From assembly GCA_973895155.1 (NCBI GenBank), contig OZ316895.1, forward strand, positions 22,332,558 to 22,396,557: a stretch of DNA of 64,000 nt. Reading direction: 5' to 3'. The notes under the pieces are model-generated. The model did not search any database. It saw only the letters and a program-made list of their open reading frames with translations, and was not told where the DNA came from. This document shows positions 27,145 through 40,360 of this stretch, piece after piece; within the stretch, counting starts at the first letter, position 1; each line of letters begins with the position of its first letter. A program made the position numbers and the translations under genes. The stretch comes from Marsupella aquatica. Lineage: Eukaryota > Plantae > Marchantiophyta.

Positions 27145-28407
27145 ATCCTTCTTTGAGTTTCTGCAACCGGCTGATTTGAGCTTGTATTTTTTTGATAGTT
27201 TGATGCCGGCTGAAGGTTGTGCCCAGACCAAGGTTATGTAACCTTTCGGTGTCGCTCTACATCTGAGAATGAATTTGGAGAGTTTTTCTGCCAAGTTCCT
27301 CACTATTTACAAATTGTCGAACGAAAAAATTCCCCGCTGTTTGACTGGCAGTGTGGAGTTGCCTTCAGAAAACCTAAATGGAAAATGTCTGCTATGTAAT
27401 TTATAACAATTGCTTCTTAGAATGAGGACACAGAGGTTCTAGGGCGGTTTGCACCAGACGAATTGATTTCAGAAAGGGCTTGCTTTTACGTAGTCCGGGA
27501 CGCAGCGGAAATAGTTTCAATTTCAATCACTACTCGTTTGCATATTTTTAGGAAAGGGCAGATGGAAGAGTTTTCACTTTAAGAAGAATTAACTGATGAG
27601 TGCAACCAGGAACTGTACTCCACCTTCAGTCGTCTCCTTCCCGTTTCAATACATAGGTGAATTATTTCACTCCCTATTTCACATTGTCTTCAATTTCAAG
27701 CCTCGTTCCTCAGGGAAGGACATCGGATTAACAACAACGAGACATTGAGTTTCACGGAGACTACAGTAGAGCTTTATCCGTGCATTCAAACGTAGCCAAT
27801 CAGTGAGAACACACTTTCCATGACCGTAAGACAAGGGTAGGCAAGCAAGAGAACGGTGCAACGCATTGGACCTTTATTATGCCGTTGAGAGCATTCATGT
27901 TGCTGAACAAAGCTGAGCACTAAGACACAACCTAACTTTAAAATAAGAGAAGCTTGACATACAAGATCTATTGGTCACAGACTTTGACCGTTAGCAAACA
28001 TGACATCTTTGAGCCTCGATCTTTTCTTCTTGTTTCAAATTTCATCCCTCCACATTAACTTTGCCCATGCGTCTCCTACTACAGTTTGTGCTAACATGAT
28101 CTTTGTTCCAAGATATGGATGATTGTTCTTTCTTATGACAGAACACATGCCCTTCCAATCTTCAATCACTTAGTACCGTGCCACATATGAATATGTATCG
28201 CAAAATATTGATCACGAGGTCACAACTCACCAACGAGGGCCCTTCTTTCACCTTAGCTTGGCCGGGACTAGCATGTCCTACTTGACTCACAAACATTGAT
28301 TGAACAAGAGTTCACGCTAGGGTATCCCACCTTCCCATAATAATGGCAGATCCTATGGAACAACTGATCTTCAGATCACGGTAAGCAAGGGGATCTAACT
28401 GTCCCTA

Positions 28408-29990
28408 TTAGCTGCTAGGTTTCCCAAGACTGGGTCCCATGTAGTTAGTCACCATTCCCATGACAGCAAACCTGTTGTAAAGATGTGACACAGTACAGAG
28501 AGTTAGAATGATGACTTGGGCTTCCCATGCACTCATCATCACAACGAAAGCTTGGCTATACAACAAACACTGCAACATTATTTGAACAGTTTCAGACCGA
28601 TGTTTCATAAGAGACAAATCAGCAATTGGAAATGACACTAACGGGGATAACAGTTCCGCAGAGTGCTGGCAAGGAACGTTGTTGCAGATCTCTAGCTGAT
28701 ATCTATAAAGCAAGAAAGAAAATTTCGGGAGGGGCAGCTGATCTTACGTTGCAGCCATAACAACTTGCTTCAAATCATTCTCTGCGTTTTTCATGTTGGC
28801 CAAAGATTGGACGCAGAAGATCAAAGCCAACCAGGAGCCAGCTTTATGCTGCAAGGAATTTGAATGTGGAGTTAGTAATTAGTTAGCAACTGCCCAGTCC
28901 GTTCCACTGATTTTCTCACAGCAAACTCGGGGACACCACGTGCTCTATGCATGCCTCTGATTGTCCATATCCGAAGGTATCCTGAACCCATGACGAAGAA
29001 CCTAGCTTGCGAAGAAAACCTTTTCAGAAGGCCCAAGCTCCTACAAGCAAGCCAATTAGACCACAACATTGGACTGGAATATGTTGGGCAGAAAATATAC
29101 CTCCTAAAATTTTCAAGACTGGATTTCATCTTAACCAAAGCAGCGTGACTACCTACGTTAAACTGCCAAACCTATTTTTTGTGGTCCAAACCGGTGACAT
29201 AACTTTCTCAATGCACAACAAAATGCATACTCCCTTGGACTAAGTAGCACAGAAACTTTCAAACTAAAAATATCACAAAGACCTGTCTGGCAATATGACT
29301 TGAGATCCAATTCGTCCACTGCTACAGATCCAATTCTGACTTGGTCATCAGAATCGGGGATATACGAAATTATAAAACTCTCGTTTTAAGCCATTCAGCA
29401 CATATTGACTGTATTTAAAATCCCGAAAAGCGTAATTTGACCCACTACGAGTAAAAATCAATACTTGCTTCTTGCACCCTAATTGGAAGGATCGGCATAC
29501 TTGACCGCAAGACTCGAGCTCTATCTTTCATTTCCACATATCCAGTTTGACTTAGTCATCGAAATCAGTTCAATCACAAGTCTCTAAGTCTCGTTTCCAG
29601 CCTTTCAGAACAGCTTGCCCATCTTCAAGGTCCCGCGGTGCACAATTTCGCCAAAACTACGATAAAACCAGGACTTGCTGTCTGAGCCCTAATCGGAGGA
29701 ATTTGCACAATTACGATTGATAAGACAAGGTTTCTTCATTCCTTTGGAAAACTGATGAGTGCAGAATGAAATTAGCATTGACCAAAGCTGCATGTCTGTC
29801 GAGAAGCGAAGCCCACATAATTTTCTATCTCTACAGACAAGAGCGGAACACGTACCCTCAGCATGACCCCGGCGATTCCGAAGACGATTGCCAGAAGACT
29901 CGAGTAATCCGGCGGAAGATCTTGTTGGGCAATTACAGGAGGGACGTAGGGACGAGCTGATGACGGCTGCCGTGGATCCGTCGACCCCAT
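28408..29990 (-). CDS. PAT complex subunit Asterix (WDR83OS/UPF0139 family), 3 exons
   Basis: Exons 29990-29856, 28848-28748 and 28471-28408 give DPRQPSSARPY..DLPPDYSSLLAIVFGIAGVMLRHKAGSWLALIFCVQSLANMKNAENDLKQVVMAATFAVMGMVTNY. Confidence 0.93.
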
Positions 29991-30122
29991 CTTTCGAAGC
30001 TTCTCGTGCGAATGCTTTCTCCTTTCCTTCTAGACCTGCGAATTGGTTTGCAATACGGAGTTTCTGTCTACTTTTGATACCCTTCGTGAGTTCGTGATTT
30101 TGATTTCTCCCTTTGTAATTTT

Positions 30123-30650
30123 TAGGGCAGGGCACTTGTGGACAGGGAAGCCTGGATGTCCTTCATGTTGGACACAGTGCTCCCGTGTACCACATTTTGG
30201 TGGTTCATGCGAGTTTTGAGTTTATAACTTGAGTATTATGAGTCTTGTTGGTGGTCCATGGGAGTTTTGTGTTTAAAGCTTGAGTATTATGAGTCTTTTT
30301 GGTGGTCCATGAGAATTTTGGGTTCATGACTTGAATGTTCTGAGTATTAAAATAAATTTTAGTTTTTCACCAGCAAGGAAGGGGGAGACATAAAAAGAAT
30401 GCCCTAATATGTCATGTCAACACAATGAAATTAATCTAATAAAATTGACACTTCCACATCTAATAACTGAATCAAAATGGTCAAAAATTCACTATCATTT
30501 TGAATGAAATGTACCTTACCTACTCTTTTAGGACATCCTCAAAACATGAAATTATTTGAATTTATGAATATCAAGTTATTACAAATGGGAAATATGGTCC
30601 ATGGGGTTTTCAAAGGCCAACGTTGTGGTCCATGGGAGCATCATTTTCCA
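30123..30650 (+). repeat. Dispersed repeat or TIR-like sequence, inverted partner of 39560-40009
   Basis: Colinear with the reverse complement of 39560-40009 (for example CATGTTGGACA, TTTTAGTTTTTCAC, AATTAATCTAATA, GTGGTCCATGGGAGCATCATTT). Contains an internal ~51-bp triplication. Confidence 0.75.
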
Positions 30651-31609
30651 TTTATGGAGAAAAGAAGAATGCACTCAAGATTTATGGGGGCTCATTTTGA
30701 AATATCTCCTCTAAATTAGTGAAAACAAAGACCTTGTTTTCTTTTTATTTTGTGGTAAAAATGACAATGCGCCCAATGGATTCCAAATTACCACCATGGC
30801 AGAAAACCATTGGGACAAAGAAAACAACAGACCCAAAGGGCCGATACACACGTCAGTCAATCATCACAAAACAAAAACCTCACTAGGGCCAAAGAAAACA
30901 AGCAAACAGCCTAAATCGAGGAGTGGACCAAAGTCCTCGTACCAGAGGACTATGGGCAATCATAGACCCTCAAAACTGGGGCTAAATGCGTCTGTGTTCT
31001 TGGTATTATGACCCACCATGCCTTGTTTATTGTAAATAGGACGTGACCATATACTTGTAATGCACAAATGCACAATAAAGTTTTGATCAGGGTAATTTTT
31101 AAGGTTGTGGTTAAGATCAGGATCTTTTTAGTCGAATGTCACCTTTTGTGAAGGAGGAGATGCTAAGAATGTTCCTTATCTCATTTTCCTAGATAACTTC
31201 TGACAATTAGATGTCCCTGGATTTGAGGATAACTGTTATTTTGGCTATTGGGGTCTGTGCCTAGGTGGCAAATTAGCCAATTGAAAACCCAAAACCTGGG
31301 ATATTTTGTTAAAATTGGCGAAGAGTTTTTAGCAAGGTGGATTGTGATGAATTGTTTCCACCAAATAAAGCTGGTTTTGATATTATGTCATAAAACATGG
31401 TTCCATGGATTACTACAAAGAGAGGACCCGATCCCAGGGGCTTAGTGAGTTTTCTTCCAAGGGAAAACTGAAATTGAAGTTCCCACAGACCATAATGTAT
31501 TGTGAGATGGGCTGATAGACCATTGCAATCTTCATAGACCACTTTGAAGTGGAACTCTGTCTTTTGATTTGTTGAATGCGACCTGCACAGACCACTTTGA
31601 AATGGTTGT

Positions 31610-32180
31610 TTTGACTCAGATAGTGCACTTTTTTTTGTCATGTTCACCTTTTTAGTGTCCATTGGAGTCCATTACCTCAACATGCTTGTCAGTGATTTTT
31701 CTTTTTGAGCTACAAGCTGAAACGGATCCTCTATCCCCATTGAACCATTTGTTAAAATAGAAGTCCTTAGCTTGCATGTGATCTATTCAAACATGGCTTT
31801 CATTAGAAAACTATGGTTCTAGAGTAAAAAAGGCTGGACATATAAATAGCATTTTGGGATCCTGTCCAAGTTCAAAGTTTGGACAAGACAATCTGTGTTT
31901 GCAAACTTCAGTGGATTGGTGATGAAACTGTTGGCACACAACACCATTGATAGAATGATACCACGTGATAGTGTGTGTAAAGTGGGACATCCAAATGTTA
32001 TGGATGAGAAATTTTCAAACCGCATGAAGTCTTGGATGGAGATGCAGTCCAAATAGACAGAATTACCAACACAAGTGACCCTCCCACGAGGAAAATCTTT
32101 CATGGATTTGAGTCTGAATAAGATCTTATTCTAGTTTATGACTTGAAAAAACAACCAGGATAACTAAAAATACTGCAGGG
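31610..32180 (+). repeat. Old dispersed repeat, same orientation as about 54090-54715
   Basis: Shared colinear blocks TTGACTCAG, AGCTTGCATGTGATCTAT, TTAGAAAAC and ACATCCAGAATAA-like; highly diverged. Confidence 0.5.
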
Positions 32181-32640
32181 ATCTAAGTACATAGTAAAGT
32201 CCGGTTTGCAGGGCATTGTGTGACATATGGCCCCCCAAATGAGAGTTTCAGTTTGAGTTTTGAGGGGCTGTTGTTGCCATAGTGCTCGGGAAATAGGACC
32301 TTAATACACTTAAGGCCAAAGAAGTTTTTATTTCTACCAATTTAGTGCAAACAGAGGAGAAGTTACATACTGAGCTGATCCTAATTTCGAGTGTGTATTC
32401 TTCTCCATCGGCCTTGAAAATTAGAAAGAGCTTTCCACAACTTTGAAAATTACAAAGAGCCATTAAAACTCTGAAAAACAAACAATCAATAACAAATATA
32501 CATAAATGCAAATGCAAATGCAAATGCCCTGAAATTTTCACAAAGACTCGAATCAACAACCAACAATCATGACCTCCCACTAGTACATTGAAGATTCCAT
32601 CATTGATTGCTAGCAAGGTGCAGTAGCACGAAGGGCCGTT

Positions 32641-32661
32641 AAACCCTAACCCTAAAACCCT
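32641..32661 (+). promoter_or_regulatory. Telo-box-like AAACCCTAACCCTAAAACCCT upstream of the RNA helicase
   Basis: AAACCCTAA at 32641-32649 with GGGCC just upstream. This pairing is typical of plant translation and RNA-processing gene promoters. Confidence 0.5.
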
Positions 32662-32957
32662 GCATGTTTCAACATTCCCCTGCTACAGAATGGATCTCTC
32701 GAAAGCCTCGTGCTCGCTCTAGCCTCGAGAGATTTGCTCGCAAGCCCCGATCTGTGCTTCCTACTGTAGATTGTGGCGTTTGTAGAGCAGATTGAATTGT
32801 CTCCGAGTGCATCCGTGGAGAACGCGAAATTATGGTGCCGCAGCAGGAGAAGTGCCGAGAAGACGCGGCAACGTGAAGACGAGCAAAGCGACAGAGAGAG
32901 AGAGAGAGACGGATTGTGGAGAGAGTGAAATCAGAGGAGACGTTAGAATTTAGATTG

Positions 32958-35900
32958 ATGGTTTGCGTGGGCAGTTTTAGAGCAGCAGCAGCTCGGGGCA
33001 GAAGCAGCATGGTCGGGGGCAGTGCATCGACACTCTTACACCGCCTGGCCGTGACAACGGCCTCAATCGTGCCACCGTCATCTTCGTCCTCACCTTGTGG
33101 CACGTCAAAGCTCCTACGCACTTCGTGTACGACTGTGTCGTCTGTATCTTGTTCCACTAGCAGCAGTAGAGCAGGTTGGTTGTTGGCCGGGTGGAGGAGA
33201 AATTTATACATCGGGAGCTCGATCGGGAGGGCTAATTCGGCGTTCTTCGGCGGGGATTTGAGCAGCATGGCAGCTGGTACGGGACAGGAGGTGCTTGGGA
33301 AATCGCCTGCAGGAGGAGTTGGAGGGGCGAGGATGATGGGGGGAGGGCCGAGGACGTTTCCCGGCGGGGTGAGCAAATGGCAGTGGAAGCGGATGCAGGA
33401 CAAAAAGGAGAGGCAGATTGAGAAGGCTCGGCTGTTGAGAGAGCGCCAGGCTTACGAAGAGAGGCGACGACAGGAACTCCTGGCCGCTTCTCCGCGGGTG
33501 GAGAAGCCGTGGGAGGAGCGCACTATGAGGAATCCGCTGCCGCCTCCGTCTGCGGCCCGTGACCCTCAGGTTAGAGCTCTGGCTGATAGGTTCCGCAGGC
33601 ACGATGGGGAGGATTTGTGGACCGATGCGGATGGTCCTGTGTCAGCAGCGAATGGGCTGCCAAGCCTCGCTTCTGCTCGCTTTCGGTCGGACCGCTCTTC
33701 CGTTGGAATTGACAACGGTGAAGTGAAGTTCAACAGGAGAGGGGGTCGAGCTGCTCGTTCACTTGCAGATGGTGTCTCACAAGAGGAAGAAGGAACAAAC
33801 CAGTTTAGTGGTGGTACCGCTACTGCTGTTGCTGATACCGAGAGAACTTTTGATGGTCGGAGAGGGAATGCCGCGTCCCGGAGAGTGTTGAATGATGGTG
33901 TTTCAATGCCGGGAAGGGGTTCATCTGGACTGCGAGGTAAATTGGACAATTTGAGCATTAGTAGGAATTTTTCTTCTGCTTCTGGCGGAGCAATCTTAGT
34001 GGATATTGACGATGAGCGGAGAGGCGGTAGGGACAGGAATGCCCGAGGTGGTGGCGGTCCTGGGAAACAATTTTCTGAGAAGGGCCTTAACCGTTCAGGA
34101 TCAGGCAAGCGTTTTGCCGAGGCAGGACATCTGGACAGCGTATCTGTAACGGAGCCTGTGCAACAGCGGAAGAAAGCGAGACAAACTCCTTCTCCCGAAG
34201 ATGGCGAAGCCTCCACGCCGTCCCACTTATCTGAATCTCGGTAGGTGGCCGTCTTCTTTCCCTTGCTGCCCAATTTTGGAACGAATCAATCTCTGTGGAA
34301 GGACGTGAAGGTTAGGTTGGGTAAAGTATCGAACTGATATTTGCCTTCTAAATCACTGAAATGCAAAGGTAGCGTGATTTGTTTGACATCGGGTCAAGAT
34401 GACAATGTTGGGTTGACAGCCCTTTTGCACTACAGCCATGTGGGCCATCTGTAGTGATGTCTCGTTCGTCTCTTCTTGTGCAGATTTGATGCATTTCCCA
34501 TATCAAACCTGTCTATCAGAGCTTTACATGAAGTAATGGGTTATGAAAAAATGACGAAAGTTCAAGAGGCCACGTTTCCACTTATATTGCAAGGTACGAA
34601 AAACCTCGGCGCAAGACTTTTTTAAAATTTCCTTCTTTCCTTCCTTGATGAGAGATATCGTTGCTGGATTATCCTGGGACCAAGAAAATGACTCTTTTGG
34701 TCGTTTGCATATGGAACTGTAGGTAAGGATGTTCTAGCTAAGGCGAAGACAGGGACTGGCAAGACTATCGCTTTTCTGGTAGGTCACCGGATGCGATATA
34801 GCTTTTTCTTTCGCGTGTACCTTTGGCTTAGTCTGAATAATGAATTAAATTCCATGTTTAAGAATTTATCTTTGTAAACACTTCGGAAAGTTCCTTTCTT
34901 CAACCCTGCAGTTCAATGTCCCCCCAGAAGGACTCTTCTTGACTGCTACTGGTGAGTCGCATTTGTAGGCCCCCTTCCCTGACACTATGGCACTGCACCT
35001 ATTTGCTTACACGATGTTTACCTTGGCGTGCAGCTGCCTTCAATAGAGGCCATATTGAAGGCAAGTAGCGAACGCAACGCGGGATTGGCGGGCAGGAGTC
35101 CTATCAATGTCTTGATTATTTGTCCCACCAGAGAACTCGCCAGCCAAGCAGCTGCTGAAGCTAAAACTTTAATGACATATCACAAGGGGATGGGTGCACA
35201 CATTGTGATTGGAGGAACAAATATCAAGTCAGAAGCGACCAACTTGGAAAAGCGTCCGTGTCAGGTGGGTATTTGTTTTCAAAGTCAGCATTTTCATTTT
35301 TATGGGCGTTGGTGATACCTATCACACCTGTACTGCGGCAACTCAATTTCTTGGCGAATGAGCAGGCAGGGGGCGTGGTGCCTGGGTATTCCCTAAATGT
35401 GAAGTTTTCTTTCTTCCAGGTTCTTGTGGCAACACCGGGGAGGTTACTTGACCATATGACCACGTCACGAGAGATTCGGCAACAGCTCAGCCAATTAAAG
35501 GTTTTAGTTCTGGACGAGGCAGATCGCTTATTGGACATGGGCTTTCGGAAGGATTTGGAGAAAATTATCAAGATGCTTCCTCAAACCCGACAGACTCTGC
35601 TTTTTTCTGCTACAGTCCCCAAGGAGGTGTGTAATTAGGTTAGAATAGGGAAGTAAATTCCTGATTCCATCGCATGAATTTGTGCTCCCTTTTACCAATT
35701 AACCACTCGTCTGATGAGTACTCAGTGTAGGGTATCTATTCGATACTAAGAAAGCGAAGTGAAATTGCTTTATTGGCGCAATACAGAAAGAACGTGCTTC
35801 AGCCATCGATATAGAACCTAACCTGTTTGGCAGTGGGTAGTGAATCATAGCTTCAGTATTGTTCTTCTGGTGGCTGCTTCTCCTCCCATTGGGGCCGTCG

Positions 35901-37684
35901 GTAATATGTGTTAATCGTGTTTCATGGGACTCCTGTTTGCACGCCATGCAGGTGCATAAGGTTTCAGAAGTTGCTCTGAAGAGAGATCATGTTTTTGTTG
36001 ACACCGTCGGACAGGATACCGAAGATACCCATGCGAAGGTTTGTTTTTGGAAATCCTGGTTTTTCTGTATTGTATTTATTGCAAGTTCAACCAACTGACT
36101 GAAATTGCGACGTAACGTGCCCATCTTGTTGCCACCGTTTAGGGGTTCACATACACCCCGAAGACTTTTTATGACATCGGGAGCCCTATCTTAGCATATA
36201 ACGTGTCCAAGTAGTTGATTCTTACATTGCAGACTATTGTTTTATGAGAGTAACACCTGCCATGACAAATGGTAAGCGTTTCAGAAGCAGGCATATTACG
36301 TAATTAGTAGAGTATAACTATGAAGTATGTACTGCATACTTATAGAGTTGATTCTTTCGCTCTTTAGCCTTTAAATAGAAGTGCCAAAGTTTTTGCCACC
36401 GATACCTCTGACGACGTCACAGCGTCCCTATGCGTGCTGCACATTTTGTTGCGGCTCTATGTTAATCCCCACTCTTGGATTTTTCAGGTCCAACAACAAT
36501 ACGCCTTAGTTCCACTGGAGAAGCAACTCGCAGCAGTTTATACGATTTTGGAAGAGCACATGAAGGAAGAGGAAGACTACAAGGTCTGATTTGATTTTCT
36601 GGAACCTTTTAAATTGGGCTGGGTTGGTAGGCTGCTATTAATAAGCTGTGACTGGAAGTTTTGTGCTAAACTGCCCCGCTAGCAGTGGATCATTTGTTGA
36701 CGGCGAGGAGAGAATGATTGTGCTTGCCTATATATTTAGTTTGTTGACTCCATTGAAATCTAATTCTAAAATATATTCGGTCTTGGTGTAAAGGTGTTGG
36801 TATTCTGTACGACAGCCAGATCAACTGCCCTCATGGCAGAGTTGAGTACAAAGCTAGGCCTGAACACTCTTGAGATCCATTCACGCAAAAGCCAGGGATA
36901 TAGAACTCGGGTCTCGGATACCTTCAGGAACTCGGAAGGCGGTGTGATTATGTTTACTTCAGATGTCTCAGCAAGGGGAGTGGATTATCCTGATGTCACC
37001 CTTGTCATTCAGGTATTGTTGGACGTCTGGTCCGGCCTTTCGTTGTTCTTGTATTGACTACGAACTTTCTCACATATAGTTGATCAGTTTTCTAACCTTT
37101 GTCACGACTTGTCATGGGCAGTTGGGCATTCCTGCAGGACGGGAAGAGTATGTCCACAGACTGGGTAGAACAGGTCGAGCAGGAAAGGAGGGACAAGGTT
37201 TCTTGATACTTGCACCTTGGGAGCAACAGTTTCTCCGGGCTCTGAAGGACATACCGATCACCGAGTACAATGATCTTAAGATTTCTCGAAGTGCCGAGAA
37301 TAAGGTAGTCTCGTAAAAGTTGTTCATGTGTAATGTTGACGAGACTTTTCACTCTGCTTCTTGTGGACAGCAATACTGAATCACCACCCTCTTTGTTGGG
37401 AAGTCTCTTAAATTTGAATGTGTTCTGAATACTCAGTCGGTTTGAAATGACTGCAGGTAAATGACGCGCTGGCAATTGTAAGTACGGATACTAAGGAGAA
37501 AGCTTATCAAGCGTGGTTGGGTTACTACAACTCTGCCAAAATGCTGGCTTTGAACAAGACAGAGCTAGTTCGATTGGCTAACTTCTTCAGCTCCACGTTG
37601 GGCATGGATGAACCCCCGATGTTGATGAAGAGAACGATAGGAATGATGGGGTTAAGAGGAGTTCCAGGGTTGAGGTCTCAATGA
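32958..37684 (+). CDS. RH48: DEAD-box RNA helicase, RH33/RH48 (Mss116-like organellar) type, 10 exons
   Basis: Exons 32958-34240, 34484-34593, 34723-34778, 35034-35264, 35420-35626, 35952-36038, 36488-36583, 36794-37012, 37122-37304 and 37457-37684. The subfamily motif MGGGPRTFPGGVSKWQWKRM is present. Helicase motifs seen: Q motif, AKTGTGKT, PTRELA, TPGRL, DEAD, SAT, ARGVD, HRLGRTGR, AYQAWLGYYNS. The start could instead be the ATG at 33009. Confidence 0.93.
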
Positions 37685-37848
37685 GGTCTGTGAGCTTTAG
37701 TTCTATTGATCCATTAGGTATTGTAATATACTTATCAGAGGTAAATTTGAGAAGGTTACTCTGGGGAAGGTCTAGGCAGTAATCTGTAAAATATATTTTT
37801 CGCACAAGTTTTAAGATGTCTGCTGCCATCACCTCTGCTTTCCCGTCA

Positions 37849-37987
37849 GGTAGCATTGCTTTAAGAAAATTTACGTTTCCTACCAAGGTATTAAGCATTT
37901 AGGATCTCCTTCTGTAGAGGTTAGAATCCGGTAGCATTTCTACAAGAAAATTTTACGAACCCCATCAAGGTATTAAACATTTAGGAT
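37849..37987. repeat. Short direct duplication (~81-bp period) in the helicase 3' region
   Basis: GGTAGCATT..AAGAAAATTT..CAAGGTATTAA.CATTTAGGAT occurs twice. Confidence 0.75.
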
Positions 37988-38638
37988 TTGCGCCCTCTGA
38001 TGATTTGAAAAGCCCTCATCTGGCGCTATTTTTTACTGCCATACCTTCCATCTGTGAAGGAAAGAAATAAAGATGACGCAGGGAGATTGTTTTCCTATTT
38101 CCTATTGTTGATGAGGTTGGAATCAAGGACCAATTCAGAGCCTGAGACTTCGTTTCTATGTAATCAGCATAGAGCGGCTGCCGAAATAAACTATTCGTCT
38201 GTATTTTGAACTTTTCGAAGGATATCAAGCTTCCAATTCCTTTCGGTCGAATATTGGGATCCTAAGCTCTAATGGTTACGAAGACTCTTAGGGGGTGTCA
38301 ATTTGGACTCCACGTAGAATTGAGCTGATTGTCTGCTCCTAGGAGTTCGGAAATTCAAACTCCCCTCAGACATTTGTCTAGTACCTCAGTGACTTCCAAG
38401 TTCGCTCAGCTGCTGCTTGAGACATTAACTTTTTACTTTTCCAGGGTGTTGGACGAGGTCTCAAAAGTTTTTTCCAGATGTCATTTCTAACTTTGGCAAA
38501 CAATGTACACACTAATAAGTGTGTCGATGTCGGGATGCTTAGACACTCTCTAAAGTTTCCATTGAATTTTATTTTTGTGGTTTCACAAAAGCTACATTCG
38601 GTCTAGCCATTGGGATCAATATATCCAGTTAAGGACCA

Positions 38639-39160
38639 GGCTATCCCTTAATAGGATATAAAGATGACTGTATATATGGTCGACCCACCCGCGTATGCGG
38701 GGAGATTGTATGTATGGGAGACTGTTTATCCCATTAAGGGATTAGCCCACGTCTTTACCTGTTCGTTAAGGTAGGAAAGGGCTATCCTTTAATGGGATAT
38801 AAAGGCGACCGTATATATGGTCGACCCGCGTATGCGGAGAGACCGTATATATGGGACACTGTTTATCCTATTAAGGGATTAGCCTAGGTCTATCTATTTG
38901 TTAAGGTAGGAAACACTGACATATCAAACTTCTTTGAGTATTTTCATTTTTTATTACAAGACTCAGTTTACCTGGATTTTGAATTTGCAATTGCTGTCCC
39001 AAACATTCCGCATATGCATCTACCTCAGGACAAAAAGCAGTCAGATCACAGACCATATAAATATATGGTTATTTTTAATGAGATATAATCAAATTCTTTT
39101 GTGTTAACGTGGCAGCAACCTAAAGCCCCAAAAAACAAAATACCACCCTGACGACCTTAA
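38639..39160. mobile_element. Fragment of a TIR element related to 16289-17432, with a tandem 141-bp self-complementary unit
   Basis: Two units (38639-38778, 38780-38913), each GGCTATCCCTTAAT...ATTAAGGGATTAGCC with an internal TATATGGTCGAC, like the right TIR at about 17090-17200. It ends GACGACC|TTAA at 39156-39160. Confidence 0.6.
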
Positions 39161-39559
39161 AGGAACATTATTTACTAAGCATACCTAACATCACTGTGGT
39201 AGTGTAGCTGGTGAGAGCTTAATCAGGGGATGTAGCAAGTTAGAACTCCACCTATTATTGAGTTGATGTGAAGTAGTAGTAGAGGGAACCTGAGAATAAT
39301 GCGGCCAGAAATGTCCCAAATCTGGTGGACAGCTGCAGTTGAACTCTGGTCTCGTGCTTTTGGAGTAGTGTCTCCCTGTTGGGCGACTTTTGTTTGTTTA
39401 GCAGGGGCAAAGTATGCATTTTAAGTATAGGATAATGGCTTGGCTGAGTAACAGTCTGTGACCGTGTGACCACACAGTGAATTAAAACCAATTAGCCACA
39501 GCCAGAAAGCTTTTCTCAGCATTTTGAGAACAGGGTTCACGCTATAACCCATGCCCAGG

Positions 39560-40009
39560 GAAATGATGCTCCCATGGACCACAATGTTGGTCTTCTGAAA
39601 CCCCGTGGACCATTTTCCCAAGTGTAAGTTTAATTGTGATAACTTGATGCTCATAAATTCAAATATGTTTTAGTTCTGAGGATGTGCTAGAGAAGTAGGT
39701 AAGCTGCACTTCCATCAAACTGATAGTGAAAGTTTTGTCCAGTTTGGTTGAGTTATTTATCATGGATGCGGAGGGGTAAATTCTATTAGATTAATTTGTA
39801 TAGTGTTAATAAGAAATAGGAGGGCTTGTGGTTTTGTTTGTCTCCTCCTTCTCTAGTTGTCTTGCAAGTGAAAAACTAAAAATTAATCTTAAGACTCATA
39901 ATCATCAAATTATAAGCCCAAAACTCCCATGACCACCAAATGTTGTCCACGGAGCCCTTTGTCCAACATGGAGGTCCATCTGGGCTTCACTCTCCATGCC
40001 CAGACCCCT
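39560..40009 (-). repeat. Dispersed repeat or TIR-like sequence, inverted partner of 30123-30650
   Basis: Reverse complement aligns with 30123-30650. Confidence 0.75.
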
Positions 40010-40360
40010 TTTATAATTCTTCATCCGTTTGCAAATTTCCATTTGTATTTTTCAAGGCATTTTGGAGCATAATGCCTGGGTCAAGATCTGGACCATCTCT
40101 TTGGGAAGATTCTCTTCAAAGTTTAGAAAAATTGAGATCTCTGGGTCCTTCAAGTGTAATAATGTCCTGTTTTTGGAGCATAGTGAGCAATAGTAGCTCA
40201 AAACTTGAGTTGAAGCTCTCGTTTTTCAGGGCAATATATTCCATAATGCCCCCCAAACATGACCAGTAAGTATACAAAATTACTGTCCGGTTAGTGATCA
40301 TGACTTTCCAGGCAAGAGATTACGGGAATAACAAATACCTGCAACAATGTTTAGACACAT

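Noticed and set aside
32669-34273. 244-aa and 235-aa minus-strand ORFs over helicase exon 1
   Set aside because: Antisense shadows of a GC-rich coding exon.
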